DNA from: Vicugna vicugna | Taxonomy: Eukaryota | Direction of reading: 5' to 3' | Assembly (NCBI GenBank): GCA_013265495.1 | Contig: MU057651.1 | Span: 1,127,674-1,191,673 of the forward strand | DNA: 64,000 nt | Shown here: positions 12,901 to 25,300 of the stretch, piece by piece | Layout of the letters: each line of letters begins with the position of its first letter | Position numbering within the stretch: position 1 is the stretch's first letter | The notes under the pieces: model-generated | Seen by the model: the letters and a program-made list of their open reading frames with translations, nothing else | Told to the model about the DNA's origin: nothing | Databases searched by the model: none | Translations under genes and position numbers: made by a program

Positions 12901-12910
12901 CCTTATATGG
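12901..12910. promoter_or_regulatory. Perfect CArG box (SRF motif) CCTTATATGG
   Basis: Exact CC(A/T)6GG match. Confidence 0.4.
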
Positions 12911-14079
12911 AGGTACTGTGAGCTACTGGGGGCTATAGAAGACCTGGGTGGTTCAGAGCATGCTGAAGCCACACTGGCAAGCTTGGACTCACAGCGCAGC
13001 CCTCTTATAAGCTGTGTGACCTTGAGCGACTTAATCTCTCTGTGATCTGTTTCTTCACCTGTAAAAAGGAGAGAGTAGTAACACCTACCTCAGATGTTGT
13101 TCATGTGGAATTATGAGTGATTTCGTCTAATGTGTTTAGAACCACGCCTGGCCTACATGAACCACTCAGCAAATGTGATCTGTTATGATTATTACTATTA
13201 ATATTATATATGTAAACAGGGTCTATAGTATTCACAAGGAATAAATGAGTTTACGTGTGTAAAGTGTTCAGAAGTATTATCGGCGTGGTCCCAGGAATTT
13301 AACACAGAAATCAGTAGCTATCCTCAGGGTTTCAGAGGAGATCCAGGCCATCCTGGATAGTAGTTCTAGGGCAGGAGTTGGTCAGAGACTCAGAAAGAAG
13401 ATGGCCGTTTGGGGCCTCTTTCATTCAGAGTGTAACTAAAACTCATGGCTAACTTGTTGCTATGGATTTATGGGATTATGGGATTTGGTTATGGGACCTG
13501 CTGGGTCTAATTAAAGTTTCAGGACTCCTAGGAGACCCGCAGTGGCTCGCACAGGCTGGATCCTTAAAAATGCTGTCGTGAATGTGCTTCTGGCTTCGTA
13601 GCACTGAAGACTCAGCTGTCGGCACTGGATGCCCCAGCAGTCATCGTATAGCCTAGGTATCTGTCCTTTCTGTCCCAAGTCCCCCGTGGTTAATTTATTG
13701 GACTTCACTAGAAGACACCCCCCAAAGAACTCAAAAGCTGAAGAGACTGTCCTTTCCGTGGCTCGTGGCCCCTGTGGAACATGAGACCTGCCCACAGAGC
13801 ACCTCCCTCCGCTGGCAGGGGCACGGCCGTGGGAAGGGGACACTGGTCCTGAGGGGAAGGGACGAGGTTTCTGGGAGAGGCTCGAAGAAGGGTGCCTTCT
13901 CAGCCCAAGCCGGTGTGCCCCACCACCTCGCCCCTTTTGTGCCGGGACCCACCAGGCTCTGTCTGCAGCCCTTGCCCTGAAGGGGTAAATGGGAGAAGAG
14001 ACACACCATCCAGTCCCATGGGGTCAACTCACGCCACTTGGACCCTGGTGGCTCTCAGCCCACCTCTCACCCCACTCCC

Positions 14080-14965
14080 GGCTGGACATGTCCACTCGCT
14101 CGTCCCACTGGCAGCCCAAACCCAAGGAGTCCAGGCTGTATCTGCCACCTGTCGCCACTCACGCCCCGGCAACTAACAGTCTTGTGCTCCCCGCCTCAGT
14201 TAATAGCATCACCACGGACCCGAGCTGGAAGCCCAGGGTCATCGTCACCTTTTCTCTCTCCTTGACCCTCCATGACACCCAACCCTGTGGTTTCTACCTG
14301 TGGACACATCCCCGGAATGGCCCTCTGCTCTCTGCCCTCACTGCCTCAGTCCTGGTCCAGAGCACTGGCCACTTCTTCCAGGGACCCTTGAGGTGGCCTC
14401 CCAATCGGTCTACTCACTCCAAGCCTCTCTAAGAATTGCCTTCCTGGTCTGTCACTCCTCTGCCTTCATACAACCTTCAGTGGCTCCCTATCGCTCACAG
14501 GACAAAGGGTGAAACTTTCAGCCTGGCCAACAAAGCCTTGAATAAGTTGCTCCCAACCACATTTCCCCCCACTTCTGCTGCCGCCAATCGCGCACCCCAC
14601 CAACGATCGCCCCCTCCCCTCCAGAACAGGCACTTTCATAGATACTCTGTTCCATTTGCCGGAATGTCTTTCTCCTCCCCTCAATGCTCCCCTTCCCCCT
14701 GGCAAAGCCTCCACCCTCAAAAATCCAGCTGAAATGTCCTTCATCTGAGAAATCTGCCAAACTTCCCCAGATACCAGGTCATTCACCATCAGGGCCCCCA
14801 CGACACTCCTTGACTAGAGCACCCATTGGACCATGCATCTCATTTATGTACATCTCAGTCCCTCCTGCTAGATGGAGAGGTCCCCAAAGGCTACCTGGGA
14901 CCGTAGTGGGTTCTCCTTTGCATTCGCAGTATCACCCAGCCTTGGCTACAATAAACTATTGGTTT
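14080..14965 (+). mobile_element. L2 LINE 3' portion
   Basis: Pyrimidine-rich L2 ORF2 end/3'UTR ('aaccttcagtggctccctatcgctcacaggacaaag', 'aaatgtccttcatctgagaaatct') ending with aataaactattgg. Confidence 0.8.
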
Positions 14966-17345
14966 CTTCACTTGTAAGTCGGAGATGAAAAGAATAGTTT
15001 CTACCTCCCAGAGCTGGAAGGATTAAATGAGACAACACATAAAATATTCATGCAGATAATGATAAAGAAGATGTTTATGATAAGAATGAAGGTTAGCATC
15101 CCTTCAGTGCTTTCTATGTGCAAGACACTGTCCTGAACTCTATATGGATGGCAGTCAGCTAAATAAGTTAACTCATGGAAAGTGATTATGTATGTGTGTG
15201 TTTGTGTGTATATAAATATATATTATAAACATCATTTAGATGATATACGTATAACATATATACACCACACTGTGCCTGACACTAAGCAGGAACTCTAGTT
15301 TTTCCTTTCTTCCCCCATTTTCCCATCCTTCATCCTTAGCCCTAGATCCTCATCACCCTCTAGGGCTGGGGCAGGAAAGAGGTGAATGCAGAAGGCGTCT
15401 CTGCATCGAGGTCCCTGGTAAGTGGAAGAGAGGGAGGCCCTTGGGATTGCCTTTGGACTTGATGTCTAACGTAGTCTCCCCATTCTGACTGTCATTTCTT
15501 TGAGGGCAGGGGCTATGGTGGACCCCTGTTGGAGGCCCCTATACGCACCGGCACGATGGTAGGCATACGGCAGGCCCTAAATAAGCTCTTAGTCTGGGCT
15601 CAGCTTCGGAGGTCCTAGTTTTCAGCAATTGCCGAGGCAGGTCTTGGAACCACAGCTCACAGGTTCTCAGGAGCACAGAGATCAGCAGCCAGAGCCACCC
15701 AGCAGCAGCCCTTTAGGTAGCGCCCTGCTGGAGATGGAGCACCCGGTCAGGAGTCGTAGGAACAGCATCCTGGACGCAGCTCTGCCACCAACCGACCAGG
15801 TGACCTTGTGCAATCTCCCTGCTTGCCTGGGTCTCAGGGTTCTCACCTGTAAAATGCTGCCCCTCAGGACTGTCTGAGGAGGCGCAACATGACAGCTGTG
15901 AAAGCTCTTTGCCAAAAGGCTGTGCAGAACTGAGGTGATGCTAATTTCAAGTGCCGGGGCTTCGCTCAGTAGGAAACATTCAGGAAGTGGGGGTGGAGGG
16001 AGGGAGTGGGGGCTTGTGTATCCAGGACATATGGGGGCCTATATTTGTTGTCCTTCTGCTTAGCAGCATTAGTGATTCAAGCTGGTGCTGCCTGTGGAAC
16101 ACTCTGTCCTTTGGGATCCGCAGGGACCAGAGAGGTTGTGGAGCAGGGAGGCCGAAGCCAGTGTACAATACGGTGAAAAATAGAATGATAGCAATGAGGA
16201 GCCACGCGCACAGGTTGATACACATGCATTCACACTCCCCACGGCCCCGGTGCTGCCAGGCAGCAGCAGCTGGAGCTAATTACAGACAGACAGCTCCTTC
16301 TCTTTTTCTCTCAACTATCAACTCCCCCTCAACCACCTACCCACCCAACCCGCCCCTGGGGATTGCGTGAGCGCTCAGAAGGGGTGTTGCTGGCGCCACA
16401 GTTAAGTGCTTAGAAAGAACATGGAGGGGGTACAGGGGTGGAGGAAGCCACCGTGTGGCTCCCCATCTTGTGGGGGTGAGTAGAGAGGAAGGGATGAAGA
16501 GGGGAGATCTGGCTGGGATACAGATGCAGCTTTGTGTTAACAGATGTGCTCTCCTGGCAAAAGAGAGCCCAGGCCCTCAGCCCCTCCCTTCTCCTTCATC
16601 TGAATCCACCCAGGGATCCCCTCTTAACCCTTCTCCCTCTTAAACTCCCAACTTCCTCTTCCAACTCTGTATCTGGCACAAAGCTCAATAAATGTTGAAT
16701 GGATGGGTTGGATAAATGAGTACACGAAAGCTCCTCAAACCTATATGACTCCCAAGCCCTGTTCCCACCTCACAGGCCATAATAACTCTGCAAGCCCTTT
16801 CCTCAACTTTCCTGTCTACATGCTCCCTTTGGGCAGGCTCAGCTCTCACCTATATGCTCCTAACTCCCGTATCTCTTTCCAGCCTAGACCTCGCCAGCTG
16901 CCCGAATGCTCCTCGTGCTCCTCAAATCCACCCGGCCCCATATGAAATTCTTCAGCAATGACGTCCCCAGGGGTTTTCTAGCAGTGAGTCCTGGTCTGTT
17001 CAGGCAGTGGCAGAGGGAAGGACTTGCTGTATGGCCCCTAGCAGGATAGAGGCAATGAAAATATTAGCACAGTCATGGAGCAACTCCTGTTCCCAGGGCA
17101 TCTCTTCACCCTCTTAATCATCACCCCCAACCCATAAGTCAAATTGGGAACCTGGGTGGCTATCTGCCCAATCTGGGCTTCTAAGATTGGGACCAGGCAA
17201 GTTGTTTCAGCAAAGAGAAGTCCTTGGAAAGGAACGAATATGTGCTAAGGAGTTATTTCTTCTCCAGTACTCTCTGTCCCAACCCCATTCTCATTGCCTT
17301 GTAATCCTGGTACCGCCCCCTCCCCAGCCATTCCTCATCCAGTAA

Positions 17346-17370
17346 ACACACACACACACACACACACACA
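17346..17370. repeat. (CA)n microsatellite
   Basis: Seen directly. Confidence 0.95.
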
Positions 17371-18311
17371 GAGCCCTCCCCTCACTCCCCAACTCCATTC
17401 CTCTTCATTCTAGAGCCCTGTCCCCAGTTTCACTGCAAACCCCCCAGATAAATATTGAACCAAGATTGGTGGAGACTGGGAATTTCATTCCATCAGACCA
17501 GTGCTGGAGGGAAGACCCAGAATGTTTACTGAGAGTCCACACTCAAATTCTTTCCTGGCCTTGGCAAGGATAAGAGCAAATAAAGCCGCCCCCTTCCCTC
17601 CAGGCCCTCCTAGATTTGGACAGCAGCCAAAGGAACGGGTTACAAACACAGTGGCCTTTGGTTCCTAACAGCCTTGGGGCCTAGGAAGGCAAAATCCAAG
17701 TTTCTTCCTTCCTATTCCCAGGGCGTCCTGGAAACCATACGCTGGGACAAATGCAAGGTGTGACTATACCCAATCGTCTATGGTCACATCTAGGCATTTT
17801 CAGGTTTTAAAGCAAAGTGAAAGCTTTATCACCAGTTTCAGTCTGACAACCAACATGTGAAGAAATTTATTTAAAGCACTCATTTGTTTAATTTCAAATC
17901 AATTTTAAATTCATTTGTTCATTTAGTGAATATATATTAAACATTTCAAAGAGCTGTAACGCCTGGTTCCTATCTTCAAACTGCTCCTATTCTAGTTAGG
18001 GGGCGGGGGTATGGGGAAACTACATACAAGGATTAACTGACAAGACAAGACCATGCCAAGTCTCCTCCCATGCCTGGTGTAGCCTGTATGCCTCTTACAG
18101 TTCCTCTGGCAGTACTGAAGTTTTCCACTCTATTGCTACTGTCACAACTGTTGCTCTCTCCTCCAATATAGGATGATGGTTAGATGTATCTCTAGGGTAG
18201 GATGTATCTCTGGGTTCATATCTGAGATCTGCCATTCACTAGCTATGTGACCTTGACCAAGTTACTCAGCCTGTCTGAGCCATGTGCCTCCTCTGTGAAA
18301 TGAGGACAATA

Positions 18312-18797
18312 GTATATTTATACAATGGAATACTACTCAGCCATAAAAAAGAATAAAATAATGCCATTTGCAGCAACATGAATGGACTTGGAGATCATCA
18401 TTCTAAGCGAATTAATCCAGAAAAAGAAAGAAAAATACCATATGATATCACTCATATGTGAAATCCAGAAAAAGAAAAAAAGAGGACACTAATGAACTCA
18501 TCTACGAAACAAAAACAGGCTCACGGACATAGTAAATAATCTTATGGTTACTGGGGGAAAGGGTGTGGGAAGGGATAAATATAGGAGTTTGAGATTTACA
18601 AATGTTAGCCACTATCTAGAAAAATAGATTAAAAAACAAATTTCTTCTGTATAGCACAGGGAACTATATATCTTATAATAACTTTTAATGGAAAATAATA
18701 TGAAAATGAATATATGTATGTATATGCATGACTAGGACATTGTGCTGTACACCAGAAATTGACACACTGTAACTGACTATACTTCAATTTAAAAAAA
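18312..18797 (+). mobile_element. Young 5'-truncated L1 3' end inserted into a MIR (MIR ~18205-18311 and ~18798-18910)
   Basis: L1 ORF2 end/3'UTR (atggaatactactcagccataaaaaagaataaaataatgccatttgcagcaacatg ... gactatacttcaatttaaaaaaa); TSD aaatgaggacaata (18298-18311) / aaatgatgacaata (18795-18808). Confidence 0.92.
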
Positions 18798-19934
18798 TGA
18801 TGACAATAATAGTACCTACTTCACAGAGTTACAGTGAAAATCAAATGAGTTAATACACACTAAGGATGATACCTGGCATGTAATAAGTGCTCAATAAATG
18901 TTAGTAATTATTATTTTCCTGATGTACCTACTGTCCTTTGTTACCACCAGAGGTACAGTTCTTATTGGGCTTCCAAAAGAAGCTCAGAGATGCCTTATTC
19001 ATTTATCCATTCAATCAACAAATACACATTGAGCCTCTCTAAGTCCCTGAGCTAAGCCAGATGATACAGACAAATAAGGCACAGCTCCTGCCTTTGGGAA
19101 TAAACAATTCACTCAAAGTCCTGGGTTCACAATGCCCAGAAGCATCTAGAAGAAGCAAACACAAATTCTCCCTGGAGGAACCAACCCTCCATCTAATTTC
19201 AGATTCCCATGGATAGTCTGGCTGAACATGAACTCATAATCCAAAATTATGAAGCACACAACAAAGCCAGAAACAACAAAAAGCGAATCCGATGCTCCAA
19301 GATTCAGATATTACAATTACGTGATAGAAAAGGTATCTTTTTTAATTTCAGGTGTATTTAAAAATAAAAGAAGATTTTGAAAACATTAGCAAAGAACAAA
19401 ATACTAGCAGAAAATGATTTGCAAACATATCATCTTTCAATAGATGGCAAAGCTAGGGCTCAGACAAGGCAGGGACTCCTTCAATGTTCCATAGCTAATC
19501 ACAAGGACTCAAGTCAGGTTCTCAGTGCCTAATTTGTTTGGCAGACTCGGTTACTGGGGCTGGGGCATATTTTCCCTGAGTCAGTCAAGGAGGGAGATGG
19601 GTACAAAGCACTGTGTTCGATCTGTAGAAACTACAAAGATGAACACCACAGAGTTCCTGCCCTCAAGTAGCTTAAAAGTCAGTACAGAGACACAACTACA
19701 CACAGAAAAATAACCATCACTCTTAGGCTGCATGCTGGAAACCACCGTGGTGTGGAATGGTAGAAGTTCCCTGAAGGACAGGGAAGCGGTGGATCTGGGG
19801 GGAGGAGGAGCTTGGGAGTGGTGAGAGGGGCAGAGGGGACTGGGAATAGCCTGACCAACATCATGGAGAAAATAATCCCACTGAGCAGTTCAGGGAACAG
19901 TGAGTTCATTTGGCCAGCACGCTGGAGACATGCA

Positions 19935-20107
19935 GGCCTGTGCCGTATGCTGCATGCCGTAGCACAGGACCCTGCACTCACAAGGGTCCCATGCTTGGTT
20001 GAATGTACTGCTGTCACCATCTTGGAAGTCTTTAAAATTTTTCCACACGGGGCTCCACATTTTCATTTTGCCCCAGGGCTCATCCACAAATGATACAGCC
20101 AGTCCTG
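19935..20107 (+). mobile_element. MER91A-like hAT-Tip100 MITE
   Basis: 'gcacaggaccctgcactcacaagggtcccatgcttggttgaatgtactgctgtcaccatcttg...cattttcattttgccccagggc...agccagtcctg'. Confidence 0.75.
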
Positions 20108-20399
20108 TAGAGGGGAATGGGTGGAGGTGTGGCTGGAAAGACAGGGGCACTTTTGGGAAAGTCCTTGAATGCCACTTTGACATTTGCTCTGCAGACAATG
20201 AGGAATCACTGAAAGTGTGTGAGTCCAAGAGGGATATGGTGACTGTGGTTTTAGGAAGCCGCATGGGGCTGAGGGTACAGATGGATTGGAGAAAGGAGAG
20301 ATAGGGATTAGTCAGGAGACAATTACAATAAAGCAGTGGGGGTCTGGACAGGAAGAGTGGCAGAAGACACGGACATGGAGAAGGAGAGGGGTCTTCACT

Positions 20400-21895
20400 T
20401 TATGCAGTTATCCATTCTCCAGATGTTTACTGAGCACCTGATGTGTGCTAGGAATAGTGCTAAGGGATGGTTTTCAGGGATACATGTGACTCCACCTCTG
20501 ACCTCAAGCTGCTCACGGTGACAGAGGCAGATTAAGTAAACAGACCCTGACCGCCCCCTGTGCTAATGGCCGGGATTGGATTAAGTTTAGGATGTTGCGG
20601 GAGCGCCAAGGCAGGTCTCCTAAACCCAGACAGGGTATTCAGAGATTTTTGAGAAGGTGTGTTATCTGAGCTGTATGTTGAGGGTGGAGTAGAAATTCAC
20701 ACCGTGGACAAGGCACAGAAGGGCACCCCAGGAAGAGGGAACAGAATGTGTGGTATGATGGAACATCTTCCACGTGCCAGGCACTGTCCTTTAGGCTGAT
20801 AATCCCTGTTCTCAGGCTGGTAGGGGAGGCAGACAACTAGGCAGAGAATAACAAGCTGATGTGGAAAGTGCTATGGGAGTACAGGCAACAGGCTTCCAAC
20901 CCAGACTGGGGAGGTCACGGAAGGCTCTTTTTGTAGAAGTGTCTTCTGAGCCCTGTGGTGCAGATAAGGTGTTAGCTAGGTGAAGAGAAGGAGGGAGGGG
21001 CGGGCCGAGGAGGGGAAGAGATGTGTGCAAATGCCCAGAGGTGAGAGACTGTCTGTGGCCTCAGAGAATTGTAAATGATTCCCTACGATTCAATTCTAGA
21101 ATAAGCATAGGAGGAACATGGGGCTATGTGACCAAAGAGATGGGCCTTAAACACCAAGCTAAGGAATTGGGACTGCATGCCGCAGAGCAGTAGTTCTCAG
21201 CCTTGACTGCATACTGAAATCACCTGGGGAGCTTTAAGAAAACACAGATGACTAGATCCCACCCCCAGGGACTCAGATTTAATTAGCCTGTGGGGGAGGC
21301 CCGTTGGAATGTTTAAAAGTTCCCCTGGTTTATTCTAATATGCAAGCAGGATTGAGAACCAGGGCTTAGAGGTGGGAGGTCTCAAATTTAAGCGCTCATC
21401 AGAATCACATGGAGGGCTTGTCAGACACAAATTGCCGGCGAGGAGGGGCACCCCAAGCTTCTGATTCCATAGGTGTCTTACGAAGTACCTACTCTAACAA
21501 GTTTTCAGAAATGCTGTGGCTGCTAGCCCCACGACCACACTTTGAGAGCCTCTGGTCTCAGGTATTGTAAAGCCAGTTAGGCTTAAGTGGAGGAGGCGGT
21601 GTGAAATGGTCTGATAGGCCACTTGGAAAGGTCCCTAGGACCGCTTTGGGGAGAACAATCACAGAGGGGAAAAAAAAAAGGCGAGGAAATAGGAAGCTAT
21701 TGAAAGAATCAAGGCAAGGGAAGACTGCAGGGGAGTCCTGAGCTAAAGCACTGGCAGGAGGAATGGAGAAAATGGGTCAAATTGGAGAAATGCTTAGGAA
21801 GTAGACTTGGCAGGGCTGAGTGACTGGCTGAATGAAGAGGTGAGAAATAAGGATGTGGGAAAGATAACCCTTGGATTTTTGCCTTAGGCAACTGT
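20400..21895 (-). mobile_element. L2 LINE fragments (antisense) interrupted by two tandem MER5-family elements (~21188-21363, ~21371-21555)
   Basis: Reverse L2 3' end 'atgtttactgagcacctgatgtgtgctagg' and purine-rich body; MER5 termini cagtagttctca...gagaacca and ctcaaattt...accacactttgag. Confidence 0.8.
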
Positions 21896-22065
21896 TGATT
21901 CTGATTGTACTCGGCATGTTGGTTACAATGATCAAAAGTTGAAGGTGTTACCAGACTTGGGGTGGGAGGTTGGTGAGGAGGGGTTTTATGCTCTCAAATC
22001 TCCTAGCAATAGTCCCCGGGAATTCAACAGGCATTTCTCACTGTCCACTCAACCCCTGCTTTCAG

Positions 22066-22303
22066 CGCCATGAGTCCTCACCTCAACCCTAATCAACTTG
22101 GGATTCTCATCAAAATACCTGGAAAGGGAAAGGAAGACGGTGATCACCCTAACGGGACTGACCAGCCACCCGAGCCCCAGGAACAGGGCCTGCGCCTCTG
22201 CTTTCACCCCAGGTGTGTTCCATTCATTTGTTATTTTAATATTTATAGGGCTCCTGCCTAGGGGCTTTCTGAAATATTCTGAGAGGCTACGTTTCACATA
22301 CAG
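22066..22303 (+). ncRNA. Candidate exon 2 of the + strand transcript (donor after 22303 CAG|GTAAAG, alternative after 22212 CAG|GTGTGT)
   Basis: Branch-point-like CTCAC (~22037), AG-free pyrimidine tract, ctttcAG|CGCCATG acceptor; in frame with the 8703-8911 ORF. Confidence 0.55.
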
Positions 22304-25300
22304 GTAAAGAATTCATAACTTGCTCTTATATAACCTGGAAAACAAATGTAGCTTAAAGGGCAGCCTGCAAAGGCATTCAGTCTGCATGGATTTGAAATGT
22401 GTGAAAATGAGCAATTTTCCAGTGCATCATCAGTCGTGACTACTTGTAAGTCTCCTCCGTGGGCAAGTAGACTGCCAGCAATCAGCAGGACCAGGAAGAT
22501 GATGAATGGGATAATTGTCCATTAGAGGACAGATCATTTTGTTATGGTGGGAGGGTTCGAGAGGGTACAGACGTGATAGATGGAAGGAGAGTTAGCTCAT
22601 GTGATGGGAGTTGCAGCTCCATTTCTGGTAGTAACCATTCTCTGGCTGAATTGGTGATTAATCAAAGACACATTCTCATTTGAAACTCTTTGCTCACCGG
22701 TGCACAACCTCCACTTTGGGTTAAATTTAATAGCATCATTAAAAACTGCTGTTCAAGAAACTCAAATTACTTTTCCCCAGAAGAAATCGTGCCACATTAG
22801 AGAGTGCTTTTGTGAGCTCGTGGGCAGGGGCCATGTTCGGGGAGTGGGGGGTGCCTGTGTTTAAATGTTTAACATTTGAATCCTCAATGCCTGGCATAGG
22901 GGCGGATACATACGGAGCACTCAATAAATGTTTGTTAAAGGAAAGTGAAATGAATTAATACGTTTGTCCATTCATTCATCTGTTTATCCCTTTAACAGAC
23001 ATTCATTAAATACAGGAATTAAGAGCTCTGGCCCGGGAACCAGATGCTTCAGGCTTCAAATTCCAGCTCCAACAAGCTGTATGAACTTGGGCAGATTACT
23101 TAGCCTCTCTGAGCGTGATGCCTCCATGTCAGATGGGGGAAACAATAGCGCTTGCTCTCACAGGGCTGCGCGAGGGTTAAAGGAGTTAGTGTCTGCAAGT
23201 GTTTAGCACGGGGCCTGGCCCATAATAAGTGCTCACTAAACGGAAACTGTTAGGATTATCATCATTGTCATACACGCGAAGCTAGGCCTTTCTCAAGTAA
23301 CTAGGTCCATATAAGAGGCACAGAATCTCTTAAGAAATGACCAGGCTCTTGACCAAAGCTGGCTTTCATTAAAGTGGTTATTTATGGTTTCCAGTCCAGA
23401 GCCCAACTGCCCTTGGCCTGCCAATCCTGGCCTGGTGCCCTCCTGTGGCGGCTCGGGCTGTCTCTAGCTGGGTTGTGCTCTTTAGAGCAGCCTGAGAAAT
23501 TGCGGAGCAGGATGGTGAAGGAGGAAGGTAAGGGCTAACTGGGATCCAGTTAAGCACCCCATGTGACTGCCGCCCCCAGCGCCCCCAACATCGTTAACTC
23601 CCTTGTGTGTCTTTCTGCGCTTTTATATAACTCTTCCTGGCAACATTCTACCTACTACTTGCTCTTTCAAATGTTTATCCTCTTGGCTTCATGGAACAAG
23701 ACCATCCTTGATTTTAAATTTAAGGCAACATAATAGAGAACACTTGACTTGGAGTTCACTCATGAGTTAAGGGAGACCATGCAGTGGCTTAGAAGATTCT
23801 GGAGATGGAAACAATTGGCCACTGAAGAGCTGTGTGACCTAGGGCACATGACCTGCTGTCTCTGAGCCTCAGTTCCAGAAAAGGCAATGTGAGAATAATG
23901 GTGGTCAAGACTAAATGGAAACCACCCAGTCTGGAGCTTGGTCCACAGTAAAGTACCTAATAAATGGCTCTGACTATTACGGTGGGGTCCCGGATGTGGA
24001 AACAGAAGCCCAGAGAGGTTAAGGGGACATCACCCAGGTAGCTAGTTAGTGGCAGAGCCTTCTTATACTGATATGCTAATTACAAGTCATGCTTGTTCTT
24101 TACGTCAGGTAAATGTACTATATTTAAATGTATGTTTCCCATATCTGTCTATCTGGACGGTTTTATGAGCAACTCGAGGGAGGACAACAACTATAGATCG
24201 CTCATCTAGTATGTGCTCAATAACATTTGCGGTGTATGTTGGAAGTTGAGCTAACAGCCGGTAACCTGCCCCAGTTCTGTGTGTCTTACTTCTACTGAGT
24301 GGCATTCCAGGCAGTATGAAAAAGTAGAATGGGTGCGCTGGACTCATATGGGCCTGGGTAGGAAACCTGTAACTGGCGGCTGGGAAGAAAGCACACACCA
24401 GTGTTAGGAAAATGATAATAGGACTAGTAACCATGGCAGCGGCGGCCGCAGGAGTAATAGCAGTAGTAATTGCAATGATTAGCAAAAAGTGGAGTAGGCA
24501 ATTTTCCCCGAGGATTAATTTTGTTCTTAAGGGCTGTGAGGGGCCCAAAATATGCTATGTGGAGGAGGAATAGTGTCGCTGAAGCAGATAAACCTGGATT
24601 TGAACCTCAGCTCCCCACGGATCGACTGTGTGATCTTGCATTACATTCCCCCAGCCCAGTCTCCCCGTTTGTAAAATTAAGATCATGACTGTACCCACCT
24701 CACAGCTTTGTGGTGAGGATGAAATAAGACGTGGTTTGTAAAGCATGCGATAGCACAGTACCTCACAGAATAACGCCTCAAAAAAAAAAAAAGCTATCTG
24801 ACGAATTAGTGAATACGTATTTTCAAAAAAAAAATGGCCTGAAAGAAACTCAGGATGCCTCTGGATGCCCTTTAGCAACTGCATGAGGTCTGAAGGAGGA
24901 AGATCGAATTCCCAGTAAGAGGCCACCTATCTCTTAGGATGTAATACCTAATGTTGGGAACACTGGGAAATTCACATTATCAGGGGAGAAACAAATGCAC
25001 CAATAACCAACAAGGCCAAAACAGAAGAAAAAAAAAAACGAGTCAAAGCAGTTGACAACTGATCAGGGTAGTGACCTCATTGGACAGACCCTTCACTCTC
25101 AGTCCTGGGAGGGAAGTCTGCTGTCAGTGATGTCACCACATGTCCTCTCTCCTTTTTAGGAGTAGCCGGGAGACTGGACAAGATGGGGTGGGATTGGCTC
25201 CCAGCTTAGGATGCAAAAGCTGCCTTTTCTCCACTTTCTATTGCCCCCCTCCCCGGTCCTGTTTGGACATGCACCGAGCATTGCATTCGGGATTCCTGCA

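Noticed and set aside
24105..24548. 147-aa minus ORF with TM-like stretches
   Set aside because: Hydrophobicity comes from (A/G)TA trinucleotide low-complexity and repeat fragments; non-ATG start
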